64,000 bases of DNA from positions 40,740 to 104,739 of the forward strand of contig CAWUSE010000022.1 in assembly GCA_963925805.1 (NCBI GenBank). The letters are read 5' to 3'. Of this stretch, positions 1 through 9,657 are shown in pieces. The stretch comes from an uncultured Acidimicrobiales bacterium (GTDB lineage Bacteria > Actinomycetota > Acidimicrobiia > Acidimicrobiales > UBA10347). Numbering within the stretch: position 1 is the first letter of the stretch; each line of letters opens with the position of its first letter. The position numbers and the translations under genes were made by a program. The notes under the pieces were generated by a model, which searched no databases, was not told the DNA's origin, and saw only the letters and a list, made by a program, of their open reading frames with translations.

Positions 1-603
1 GGCGGATCGGCAAAAGCGATTAGGCCCACACCTTCAGCCGGGTATGACACGTTTACGGTGATGGCCACGTCGTTATTTCCTTGCATTCGTCGTCAGCACA
101 TCGGAGCCTACTTGGCAGCTCTCTTCCGCACCGAAGTCTCCGTTTAGCCGGCACTTTTCCACTTCCGAGCGACTTGTGCACAGCAACCGGCACATCGCAA
201 ACGATGAACTGGAGCCGTTGCACGCCTGAGACTTGATCTCTCTACGCCGGGCGTTAGCCCGGCCTAGCGTGCGTGCGGCGCTGATCGCTGCCAGCAATGC
301 TGAGGAGTCCGAACAGATCGTCGACGTCACCTAGTTGTTTTTCCTGGTCGGCTGTTTGTCGCGACAAAAGCTTCGCGATAGGGACTGGTTCGTTGAGATT
401 CCCAAACCGGTTGAGGGCCGAGTCGAGATCATGGCCAAACACTTCAGCTACGAGACTGCGCTTCAGATTGGAGGTGAAGAGGCATCGGTCCTGCCTTGTT
501 CATTTCACGTAATGGCCAAGTTCTAAGGTCATATTCGGGGCCGTGTTACTGTCGTTTCCTGTTCGACTAGCGGGTTGAACTTTTGGAAAGTCGGCAAGTA
601 AAT

Positions 604-1293
604 ATGAATAAGCCAGTTGTTCTTGTCCATGGGGCTTGGCACGGGCCCTGGTGTTGGGATCGTGTCACTCCGCATCTTGATGCTGCGGGTGTGCCATGGG
701 TGGCTCCAGATCTCCCCAGCTGTCTGACAGCTTCTGCGGGGTCGAATGTAACCGATGACGATCTAGCTGTTCGAAGAGCTATCGATGCGCTGGCCGGAAA
801 TGAGCAAGTAATTTTGCTCGGGCACTCCCGAGGAGGCGGGGTAATCACTGAATCCGGGACGCATGACCGAGTCGGTCACCTGGTGTATCTTGCCGCTTTT
901 CTCGGCGATGAAGATGAGGACGCAACTCGCTGGATCTCTCCGGGTCTCTACAGCGCTCTTGAGTCTCATGACGATGGCACGACGACTGTGCGAGCCGATA
1001 TGGGCGCAGAAGTTTTTTACAATGAATGCAGCGGTAAAGACTTTGCTTGGGCAGCGCAGCAGTTGCGTCCACAGAGCCACACGCCTCTTGAAACCGCTTC
1101 CCAACTAGCGTGGAAACATAAGCCTTCAACGTACGTGGTTTGTTCTCGTGATAATGCAATCCCGGCCGAAGGTCAACGCGTGATGGCGGCTCGCTCTGGG
1201 AGCATGGTCGAATGGAACACCGACCATTCTCCGTTTGCCAACCGACCCGAGCTTGTGGCGGCGTTGTTAATCGGTCTGAGCGTCGGTTCGTAG
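604..1293 (+). CDS. alpha/beta fold hydrolase (esterase-like)
   Basis: VVLVHGAWHGPWCW oxyanion motif, GHSRGG nucleophile elbow, C-terminal DHSPF His. Start set at ATG 604 (ORF track begins at 583). Confidence 0.9.
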   Translation: MNKPVVLVHGAWHGPWCWDRVTPHLDAAGVPWVAPDLPSCLTASAGSNVTDDDLAVRRAIDALAGNEQVILLGHSRGGGVITESGTHDRVGHLVYLAAFLGDEDEDATRWISPGLYSALESHDDGTTTVRADMGAEVFYNECSGKDFAWAAQQLRPQSHTPLETASQLAWKHKPSTYVVCSRDNAIPAEGQRVMAARSGSMVEWNTDHSPFANRPELVAALLIGLSVGS

Positions 1294-1709
1294 ATCAAGG
1301 GATTATAAAGGCGCTATTTGGTTAGTTTTCTGCAACATCAGCCGCGTCGATGACTCAGAGACGCAGACCGTCACTGGCTTGCTTTATCGCACACCCCAAT
1401 AGGCAACCGGTGGCGCACTGAAGCAATAGTTCTCAACTCTGCTTTGCCACCGCTCATGGTTGGGCTCATAGCTTTCGTCTTTCGCGTGGCTGACTCGGGG
1501 GCTCGTGTGGCCATTGCAGGAGTCAATATCGTGATTCGTGTCTGCGGTTCAATGATGGTGAACACTTTCCAAAGATCGACAGGGTGGACCTAGTTCTGGT
1601 TCGTGTTCAATGATGGGTCTGTCTCTCGGATGGCAGTAAATTCCCGGGTCGCATCGACACATCTCGGCTGAGCAATGGCTGCTCGCCGACTCTTGTCTGC
1701 AAAACGCGA

Positions 1710-1737
1710 CGAACGCAGGGCGGCTGCCCTGCGTTCG
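1710..1737 (-). terminator. intrinsic terminator-like hairpin after the fasciclin gene
   Basis: Perfect 12-bp stem CGAACGCAGGGC-ggct-GCCCTGCGTTCG, 40 nt past the stop at 1778, with short T-runs on both strands. Confidence 0.7.
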
Positions 1738-1777
1738 CCTTTCTGGTTTCTGGCGTCGATCTGGGAGATCGGCGAAG

Positions 1778-2350
1778 TTACCCAGCTGCTGGTGGCAGCA
1801 GGACGGTGTCGATGACGTGGATGATGCCGTTGGATGCGGCGATATCTGCGGCGATGACGGTGGCGTTGTTAATCATGACGCTGCCGTCGACGACACTGAT
1901 GTCGATGGAGGCGCCGTTGACGGTGTCGGCCGATTGGCCATCGAGGGAGATGGCGGTTGCTGCGTCAACTCCACCAGCGAGCACGTGGTAGGTCAGGATG
2001 GCGCCAAGGTCAGGACTCGCAAGGAGTTCTTCGACGGTGAGGCCGAGGGCTTCGAGTGCAGCGGCGAAGGCTTCGTCGGTGGGAGCGAAGACGGTGAACG
2101 GACCATCGCCGGAGAGCGTGTCGACAAGGCCTGCCTCAGTTACTGCTGCGACCAGGGTGGTAAAGGTGCCAGCGCCAACAGCAACGTCAACGATGGTGCC
2201 TGGCTCATCGGCCATAGCTTCGTCGGTGGCCATCTCCTCAGATGCGTCGTCCGCGACGACGCTTTCAGCGGCTTCATCGCTGCCACACGCTGCGGCGAGC
2301 ATGGACAATGTCAGCATCGCTGCCAACAGTTTAAGAAGGGATGTCTTCAT
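1778..2350 (-). CDS. fasciclin (FAS1) domain lipoprotein, MPT70/MPT83-like
   Basis: MKTSLLKLL...LAAAC lipobox; FAS1 motifs [29 protein letters not shown]; AGGAG SD before ATG 2350. Confidence 0.93.
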   Translation of the reverse strand: MKTSLLKLLAAMLTLSMLAAACGSDEAAESVVADDASEEMATDEAMADEPGTIVDVAVGAGTFTTLVAAVTEAGLVDTLSGDGPFTVFAPTDEAFAAALEALGLTVEELLASPDLGAILTYHVLAGGVDAATAISLDGQSADTVNGASIDISVVDGSVMINNATVIAADIAASNGIIHVIDTVLLPPAAG

Positions 2351-2386
2351 GGGGATTGCTCCTGTAATCCAGGGGACGGCAGGTAC

Positions 2387-2414
2387 TACGCCCGGGTCAG
2401 GATCTCCGGATGCA
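2387..2414 (-). promoter_or_regulatory. putative ECF-sigma (SigK-like) promoter of the fasciclin gene
   Basis: Minus strand TGCATCC-N16-GCGTA, 36 nt upstream of the ATG; resembles ECF ATCC...CGTA/CGAA promoters. Confidence 0.5.
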
Positions 2415-2824
2415 CGTGCAACAAGGTTTAACGCCGATCGGCTGTGACCCTCGGCACGTGCCATCGGAGCCTCAATAAATCCTTGGACTACCCGGTCGCG
2501 AAATTAAGTATCGATGCCGCTTGGGCCCCGCAACAAGGGCTGTCGGGCGGGCCTGGGGCGATGCAGCTGAGGTCGGCGGCCCAGGTTGCGCAGCTGGCAA
2601 GGAGTGGAATAGCTAGCCACGAGCCGACATAGTTAGTAAATGGTTTGGGCCTGCCACTTTCAGAGGATTTCAAGTACCTGATTTGCAGGATCAAAGTGAT
2701 CTGGGATGACCCCTGGAGCGGGCTGAGTAGACGGCTACGGGTTGGATTTACCGCAGGTCGAGGTGGCCGAGCCCGTCGATGATGGCAGCGTCGCGCCTGA
2801 CCACAGCGGACGTTCACGCCCCAT

Positions 2825-2859
2825 CACGTGAGACACGTCAGTCGTAAGCGTCTCACGTG
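2825..2859. repeat. 10-bp perfect inverted repeat (operator or REP-like)
   Basis: CACGTGAGAC-N15-GTCTCACGTG just upstream of the amidohydrolase -10 box. Confidence 0.7.
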
Positions 2860-2897
2860 GAAAGATAGCGGGAGGTCACAGTGGCTACGGTTGGTTC

Positions 2898-4118
2898 ATG
2901 GTTCATATCGACGGTGACCGACTTCTCAACAGCCTGCGTGAGCTTCGATCGTTCGGTGCGACCGGCAGTGGGGTTGTGCGACCGATGTTCTCTGACATCG
3001 ATATGGAGTCTCGGCGGTGGTTGGTAGCCCAGATGCAGGACGCTGGACTCGACGCTCACATCGACGGTGTCGGCAGTGTGCACGGTCGGTCGCGAAATCC
3101 CGGCCCAGCATTGATTATTGGTTCACACTCCGATACTCAGCCCGAGGGCGGCTGGCTGGATGGAGCAATGGGAGTGATGTACGGCATCGAGGTTGCCCGC
3201 GCTCTGAACGATGACCCTTTAACCCGTCACCTCGCCGTCGACGTGGCGTCATGGGCCGACGAAGAAGGCACTTACACGAGTTGTTTGGGCAGCCGTGCCT
3301 TCGTTGGCGACTTCCCCGACGCCGATCTTGAGAATGCGGCCGCTCATGGTGAGACGGTCGAGCAAGCGCTCGCTCGCCTTGGCCTGGTCGATGTGCCCAG
3401 GGCCGCCATGGAACCTGGCCGCCATGTCGGTTATCTCGAAGCACACATCGAACAAGGGCCCCACCTCGAAGCAACCGGTAAACGCATCGGGGTCGTGTCG
3501 TCCATCGTTGGCATTCGGGCTATGCAGATCACGTTCGTCGGGGAACAGAACCACGCCGGTTCAACGCCGATGCATATGCGCAAGGATGCAGGTGTTGCAC
3601 TGTTTGACTTCGGCGTCGGTATCCGTAAGCGGCTCATGACGCTGGCCGGGCCGACATCTGTGTGGACGATCGGTAACGGCCGACTGTTGCCCGGCGGCGA
3701 GAGCATTATCCCGGGTGAGGCATGGTGTGGACTGCAATTTCGCGATCCAAGCGACGACATCATGGATGCCTTCCAGGCAGCGATTAGCGACCTAGCTGCT
3801 GAGATGACTGCAGAGGGACCAGTTGCTGTTCATGCAGAACTGCGGCGTGACCCCATGCGCCCAGCGAACATGAACGACGACTTCCGGGCGTACTTAGGCG
3901 CCGCGGCGGAAACTCATGTGCCTGGTGAGTGGGTCGACATGCCGAGTGCAGCCATCCACGATGCCAACGTCATGTCTGAGCACATGCCGAGCGCCATGCT
4001 GTTCATCCCGAGCATTGGCGGTATCAGCCATGACTTTGCCGAGGATTCGACTGATCTGGACATCGTGACGGGCTGTCAAGTGTTGGCCACGGCTACGGCA
4101 AACATTCTCGCACAATGA
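2898..4118 (+). CDS. M20 family Zn-dependent amidohydrolase (N-carbamoyl-amino-acid/allantoate amidohydrolase type)
   Basis: IIGSHSDTQPEGGWLDG, DEEG, YLEAHIEQGP, GEQNHAG, SAAIHDA, GGISH motifs. Confidence 0.92.
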   Translation: MVHIDGDRLLNSLRELRSFGATGSGVVRPMFSDIDMESRRWLVAQMQDAGLDAHIDGVGSVHGRSRNPGPALIIGSHSDTQPEGGWLDGAMGVMYGIEVARALNDDPLTRHLAVDVASWADEEGTYTSCLGSRAFVGDFPDADLENAAAHGETVEQALARLGLVDVPRAAMEPGRHVGYLEAHIEQGPHLEATGKRIGVVSSIVGIRAMQITFVGEQNHAGSTPMHMRKDAGVALFDFGVGIRKRLMTLAGPTSVWTIGNGRLLPGGESIIPGEAWCGLQFRDPSDDIMDAFQAAISDLAAEMTAEGPVAVHAELRRDPMRPANMNDDFRAYLGAAAETHVPGEWVDMPSAAIHDANVMSEHMPSAMLFIPSIGGISHDFAEDSTDLDIVTGCQVLATATANILAQ

Positions 4119-4312
4119 GATTGCGACCGGAGCGGAACGCTACTTGACTCGTTTCGTCAGACCTGAATAACGAGGAAGCCAAGCCGGGCGGCACAACCGG
4201 AGCGACAGCTGAGCTGAGCGAGTAGCTGGGCCGAACCGTAGCAATCGAAGACTCTGTGCTGGGCTCCAACTTGGTTTGGGCCGCGAAGCAAGCAGGCGCA
4301 GCGCGCACCGGG

Positions 4313-5032
4313 TCAGAAGAGCAGAATGCCGAGACGTATTGAATAGCCGCCCATGACAGTCCAGAACAGCACAGCGAAGGTTTGCTCGCCCAAGCGATCG
4401 TTGAGCTTCGACCCGCTCCAGGTACCCAGCGCCATTAGCGGAATTGCAGCCAGGCAAGTGAGCCAGGCGCTGCGTCCAAGCAGGTCGGCTTCGGCGAAGA
4501 TTGCGGTCTTGGCCGCGTCGCCAGCCAACGAGGCCACCGATGCGGCCCCAACGAAGTGGCGCCGGTCAAGATCCAGGTTGCGGATCGCTACGCCCTTGAG
4601 CGGTCCTGACGTCCCAGAGAAGCCACTTGAGGCGCCAGATACGAATGCAAGCATGGGAGCAAACTTGCGTCGTACCGGTTTGATCTCGCGTTTCTCGGTG
4701 ACAATCGTCGTTGTAAACATGGCCAGCACAGCGATCGTCACCGCCCATACTGGCGCGTTTACGAGCAGCATGGAGCCGAGCGTTGCACCAATCACGATCA
4801 TCACCGCAAGACCAGCGGCTTTGCGAAACGGCAGCGTCTCTCGATAAGCGATCATCTTCATGATGTTGTTGCTTGCTAGCAGCAACGCTGCTAATGCTAC
4901 GCCCTCCTTAGTTCCTAGGAAGAGCGCGAGGGTGGGCACCATGAGCAGCGAACCGCCCAGTCCTGCCGAAGCCGAAATCGTGAATGACACGTAGATGACG
5001 AGTAATACGCCGACCGTTGTCAAGATGTCCAA
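4313..5032 (-). CDS. sulfite exporter TauE/SafE family membrane protein
   Basis: SAGLGGSLLMVP and SGFSGTSGP repeats, ~8 hydrophobic segments; TTG start with GGGAGG SD. Confidence 0.85.
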   Translation of the reverse strand: MDILTTVGVLLVIYVSFTISASAGLGGSLLMVPTLALFLGTKEGVALAALLLASNNIMKMIAYRETLPFRKAAGLAVMIVIGATLGSMLLVNAPVWAVTIAVLAMFTTTIVTEKREIKPVRRKFAPMLAFVSGASSGFSGTSGPLKGVAIRNLDLDRRHFVGAASVASLAGDAAKTAIFAEADLLGRSAWLTCLAAIPLMALGTWSGSKLNDRLGEQTFAVLFWTVMGGYSIRLGILLF

Positions 5033-5084
5033 GAGTCCTCCCGACGCGCTGTGTCCTAGAACACTCGCGTCGCAACTCGTAGCT

Positions 5085-8000
5085 CTAGCCGCCGATGATT
5101 TCGACGCCTAGGTCGGACAATTGCGAGTTGATTTTGGTGAGATCGCCATCGATCAATTTCTGCAGCGCTGCCAACTGATCGTCGGCCTGACCAGACAGTT
5201 TCTCGAACACGTCGTGTGACTGCTGGGTGGGCTTGCTGTCTGCGCTTCGCACGACAGGGGGCAGACCGCTCAACTTTTCGAACAGCTTCTCGCGGTAGTT
5301 CAGAACGTCGCCGAATGAGGTAAGTTCCTTTTGCACCAGTTCGGACTCGACCTTGTCGAACTTCTTTGCCAGACGCGTACACGCAGCGATGACCTTGGCG
5401 GCGTCTTCGTTGCCCGCCAGGCGGTTGGTCCAATCGGTTATGCGCGCCTTGACGGCTCGACTCGTGTTCACACCAACCACGATCTCGTTCAGTTTATTCT
5501 GAATGGCGATCATGAGTTCGAACTGCGCCTTGAGGTCACGCTGGCTTGTCTTGACTCGAGGATCCTTGATCAGGTTGAAGTTCTGCTCCATAGACCACTC
5601 GCCGACGGTGAGCCGTGCGGAGTACACACCAGGAAGCGCCAGTGGGCCGGCGGGGCGTTCATGGAAGTCGGTATCGGTCATTTTTTCACCAACGGGATAA
5701 TTCATGGACCACCAGAAGCTGTTCATTCCTGGCTTGGCGCTGATGAACTGCCCGTAACGGTCCTTCTTATCTTCGGGCATTGTGCTGGAGAACGAGTCGA
5801 TGCGATTGCCCTTTTCATCAGAGATGGTGAGTACGGCCTCGCCACCGGGAGCGGCATCGAGCACGGCGGCATCGAGCAAATAAGTGAAACGAACGCCACG
5901 AGGCAGATCGTCGCCAGCGTCGATCACTCGTTTGGTCTTGTGGCCGGTCTCGTCTTCTTCGAGATAGAAGGTGGCGTTCTGACCGATAGTCACGTGGTAA
6001 CTCTTGCCCCCGAGCGAGCCCCAGAACCCGGCGAAGAGATGGTCGGGCGCCCGAACGGTGTCGCGTGGAGCGAACAGGTACTTCTTTTCCTTGCCGAGAT
6101 CGTCGTAGATCTGGTGGAGCTGGGTCACGTCGTCGAGAATCCAGAACGACCGACCGTGGGTAGCGACCACCATGTCACTGTCTTTGATGATCAGGTCATA
6201 AACCGGGCAGATGGGCAGGTTCGCCTGTAGCGACTGCCAGTTGGCTCCATCGTCGAACGAGCCGTACAGGCCCAGTTCAGTTCCGGCGTAGAGCAACCCG
6301 GCGCGGTTTGGGTCCTCGCGGACGACTCGGACGAAGTCATCGCTTGGCAGACCGCGTGTGATCTTCTTCCAGGTGTTACCCCAGTCGGTGGTTTTGTAGA
6401 TATACGGGGCGTAATCGCCTTCCTTGTGGCGGGCGACCGACATGTAGACGGTGCCCTTCTTATGTTCGGATTCGGCCAGCATGGTCACCTGCGACCACTT
6501 CTTCATGCCCTTTGGTGTGACATTTTTCCATGTCTTGCCGTCGTTCATGCTTACGTGGACGAGGCCGTCGTCGGAGCCGGCCATGAGGACCCCGGGGCGA
6601 TGTTTCGATGCCATGAACGAGAAGATCGTGGCGTACATTTCGGCGCCAGCGGTGTCCATGGTGAGAGGGCCAGAGACACCCATAGTCTTGGGATCGGCGC
6701 GAGTTAGGTCGGGGCTGATGGCATCCCAGCTGTGTCCTTCATTCGTGGTCTTGAAGACCTTGTTACCGCAGGCATACAGCGTCTTGTTGTCTTGAGGCGA
6801 GAAGACGATGGGGTACGTCCACTGGAACCGGACTTCGCTGGTGTTGCCGTCATGATAGGCCTCGGGCCAGACACTGACCAGCTGGATCTGCTTGGTCTTG
6901 TGGTCATATCGTTGCAGCGCATCGCCGCCACCGGGTGAGCTGCCGATGGCACCGACATAGACGATGTTCGGATCGCCTGGCTTGGGTGCGACGTAGCCAC
7001 TCTCGGCGGTTCCCGGGGGATAACAATCAGCCCAGTTGATGGCGCCCTTACCAGTAGAGCTCGGCACGGCGATCGACGAGTTGTCTTGCTGACTTCCATA
7101 GACCATGTATGGGAACTGGTCATCGACGGCCACGTGGTAGAACTGCGCCGTTAGCTGGTTGTAGATCGTTGACCACGAGTGGCCAGCGTTCAACGAGACC
7201 CATGCGCCACCGTCGTCGCAACCAATCATGCGTTGCGGGTTCGCAGGGTCGATCCACAAAGCATGGTTGTCACCGTGGGGTGTGTGGAACTCGTCAAAGT
7301 TCTTGCCGCCGTCGACCGACTTCCACGCATTGTTGTTCATGATGAACACGGTGTTTTCGTCGGTCGGATGGGCGATGACGTGCATGTAGTACCACGGGCG
7401 CCATGCCAGATCAGGGTTCGAACTGACCTTTTCCCACGTGTCGCCATAGTCATCGGTGCGGTACAGGCCACGCTTGCGGAACTCGGCTTCGACGAGTGCC
7501 CACGCTCGGCCGGCCTTGGCCGGGGAGAGAGTCACACCGATCTTGCCGAGTGTGCCGTCGGGGAGGCCCTTGTTGGTGCTGATGTCGCTCCATGTGTCGC
7601 CGCCATTAGTCGAGCGCCAGATCCCGCAGTCGGGGCCGCCCGAATTGATCGACCAGAAGTTGCGACGAGCCTGCCATGTCGTGGCCAACAGGATGCGGGG
7701 GTTGTGCGGATCGAGTGTTACGTCGATGGCGCCAGAACGATCGCTGACATGGAGTACGAGTTCCCAGTCCTGACCGCCGTTGGTGGACCGGTACAAGCCT
7801 CGTTCGGGGTTGTTCTTGGCCGAATGCCCAAGTGCTGCGACATAGACCGTGTCGGGGTCGGTTGGGTGCACGACGATCTCGCCGATGTGGCGTGTCTCGA
7901 CCAGGCCCATGTGCTGCCAACTGCGGCCGGCATCGGTAGATTTGTAAACGCCGTCACCGTGGGTGACATCGATGCGAATCGTGGCTTCGCCCATGCCTGC

Positions 8001-8252
8001 ATAGATCACGTTGCCGTCTGAGGGAGCAACTGCTAGAGCGCCAACGGACGCAGTCTTGAAGAAGCCATCACTGACGTTCTCCCAGTACTGGCCTGCATCG
8101 TTGGACTTCCAGACGCCGCCGGCGCATGCGCCGAAGTAGAAGGTTGCCTGATCATCTGGATCGGCAGCGATAGCGACGACACGGCCACCGCGTGTTGGAC
8201 CGATGTTGCGATACTCGATCTGGCTCAGAAGGTTTTGGTCAACGTTGGGCAT
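5085..8252 (-). CDS. VPS10/sortilin-like BNR-repeat beta-propeller protein (1055 aa), no signal peptide
   Basis: YRNIGPTRGGRV start, many S/T-x-D/N-x-G-x-T/S-W Asp-boxes, THGRSFWILDD, C-terminal helical region. Confidence 0.88.
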   Translation of the reverse strand: MPNVDQNLLSQIEYRNIGPTRGGRVVAIAADPDDQATFYFGACAGGVWKSNDAGQYWENVSDGFFKTASVGALAVAPSDGNVIYAGMGEATIRIDVTHGDGVYKSTDAGRSWQHMGLVETRHIGEIVVHPTDPDTVYVAALGHSAKNNPERGLYRSTNGGQDWELVLHVSDRSGAIDVTLDPHNPRILLATTWQARRNFWSINSGGPDCGIWRSTNGGDTWSDISTNKGLPDGTLGKIGVTLSPAKAGRAWALVEAEFRKRGLYRTDDYGDTWEKVSSNPDLAWRPWYYMHVIAHPTDENTVFIMNNNAWKSVDGGKNFDEFHTPHGDNHALWIDPANPQRMIGCDDGGAWVSLNAGHSWSTIYNQLTAQFYHVAVDDQFPYMVYGSQQDNSSIAVPSSTGKGAINWADCYPPGTAESGYVAPKPGDPNIVYVGAIGSSPGGGDALQRYDHKTKQIQLVSVWPEAYHDGNTSEVRFQWTYPIVFSPQDNKTLYACGNKVFKTTNEGHSWDAISPDLTRADPKTMGVSGPLTMDTAGAEMYATIFSFMASKHRPGVLMAGSDDGLVHVSMNDGKTWKNVTPKGMKKWSQVTMLAESEHKKGTVYMSVARHKEGDYAPYIYKTTDWGNTWKKITRGLPSDDFVRVVREDPNRAGLLYAGTELGLYGSFDDGANWQSLQANLPICPVYDLIIKDSDMVVATHGRSFWILDDVTQLHQIYDDLGKEKKYLFAPRDTVRAPDHLFAGFWGSLGGKSYHVTIGQNATFYLEEDETGHKTKRVIDAGDDLPRGVRFTYLLDAAVLDAAPGGEAVLTISDEKGNRIDSFSSTMPEDKKDRYGQFISAKPGMNSFWWSMNYPVGEKMTDTDFHERPAGPLALPGVYSARLTVGEWSMEQNFNLIKDPRVKTSQRDLKAQFELMIAIQNKLNEIVVGVNTSRAVKARITDWTNRLAGNEDAAKVIAACTRLAKKFDKVESELVQKELTSFGDVLNYREKLFEKLSGLPPVVRSADSKPTQQSHDVFEKLSGQADDQLAALQKLIDGDLTKINSQLSDLGVEIIGG

Positions 8253-8374
8253 ATCTCAAACCTAGTCGCTTTGCCTGTCCCGGGGGCCCGTGCATATTCG
8301 TATGCTTCTTCGCGTTGACGGACTCTCTATTTGGAAACACGGGCGCGTCGCCACATGTGTGAGAATTTCATGCG

Positions 8375-9556
8375 ATGCGTGGACTCCGGGGTTTGTATGT
8401 CATAGCGGCAGTGACGATGGCAGGGGTTAGCTCTGTCTTTGCCTTGTTGGCCGAGCTCGAGACTCGTTATGACCTGTCTACACAAGGGCTTGGGCTGATC
8501 TCTGGCTCATCATTCGTGACTGCTCTTATCGCCCAACTTTGGCTGGCCCGGTTTGCCGATCGAGGTCATGCCTCGACCTTGCTGCGTGTCGGTGTTGTGG
8601 CTGCAGGCGTCGGTCTGCTTTGGTTTGGTATCGCCACTGAGCTTTGGCAATTTGTTGCTGCCCGCTCGGTTCTTGGGGCAGGTGTGGGCTTGCTAGTTCC
8701 CCCAGCTCGACGAGCCATCGTGCTCACATCTACTGGGGATCAGGGTGAGAAGCTTGGCACCTTTTATGCGGCGTACCTTTTTGGCTTCGTGTTTGGTCCA
8801 CCGATCGGGGCGTTACTGACCGACCTCGCTGACGTACGGCTTCCGTTCATCGTGTTCGGCGTGATGACGCTGCTGTCGGTCTTCGCTGTTCTGCGCATCG
8901 AAATGCCTGAAGCACCTCGCGACGCTGAGATCAGCCGGGATGACCGGCGTGTCCTTCGCCGGCTCATCGTCGACCGGCGAGTGATCGCCGCCGTCCTGGT
9001 TGTCATCTCATTTCGCTATTCGATTGGCGTATTTGAACCTCTGTGGGCAACCCACCTGGACGATCTGGGTGCATCGACTCGGGTCATAGGGTTCTCGCTT
9101 ACAGCGTTCGCGTTACCGATGATGATCGTCGCCAAGCCAGCAGGTCGAATGACTGATCGGTTCGGCGCTCGCTGGATGTCTTTGGTGCCGGCGCTCATAA
9201 GCGCTGTGCTGATGATGACGTATGGCTACACGTCGTTTCTTTGGGTCATCATCATGGTGTCCGGCGTCCACGGAATGATGGAGGCAGCACTCAGCCCGGC
9301 GACCCAAGCGGGGATCGCCGATGTCACCGCTGACCAGGACGCAGCGTCGGCCCAAGGCCTTGCTGAGGCCGCCGGCTCGGCGGCATCGGCGGTTGGGGCG
9401 TTTTCTGCACCGGTCGTGTTCGATATTTGGGGCGCTGGCCCGGCGTGGCTTATGGCAGGATGCGTAATGGTTGCGCTTGTAGCGGTGAGTTGGCTGCTAG
9501 ACCGGCCAACTTTGAAGCCCTCTAACGGAATGGGCCGAGAACCGGTTGGCCAGTGA
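8375..9556 (+). CDS. MFS transporter
   Basis: ARFADRGHA and GRMTDRFGAR motif-A loops, ~12 TM segments. Confidence 0.9.
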   Translation: MRGLRGLYVIAAVTMAGVSSVFALLAELETRYDLSTQGLGLISGSSFVTALIAQLWLARFADRGHASTLLRVGVVAAGVGLLWFGIATELWQFVAARSVLGAGVGLLVPPARRAIVLTSTGDQGEKLGTFYAAYLFGFVFGPPIGALLTDLADVRLPFIVFGVMTLLSVFAVLRIEMPEAPRDAEISRDDRRVLRRLIVDRRVIAAVLVVISFRYSIGVFEPLWATHLDDLGASTRVIGFSLTAFALPMMIVAKPAGRMTDRFGARWMSLVPALISAVLMMTYGYTSFLWVIIMVSGVHGMMEAALSPATQAGIADVTADQDAASAQGLAEAAGSAASAVGAFSAPVVFDIWGAGPAWLMAGCVMVALVAVSWLLDRPTLKPSNGMGREPVGQ

Positions 9557-9657
9557 CACAAACTCGCGTCGAGAGGGCAGACGCTACGCATGTGTGATTA
9601 GCGCAGGAGCGAAGCCAGACACTTGGTCCTAGCCGCTGCAGGTGAGAAGCTTCTGGT

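Noticed and set aside
1350-1593. Hydrophobic + frame (HWLALSHTP...PPLMVGLIAFVFRV...) and the 64-aa minus ORF
   Set aside because: No credible start or family motif; possibly a remnant but not supportable.
5331-8021. Long antisense ORFs (5331-6230, 7179-8021; likewise 57580-58386, 59630-60559, 60003-61118)
   Set aside because: Shadow frames of high-GC genes whose family motifs lie clearly on the opposite strand.
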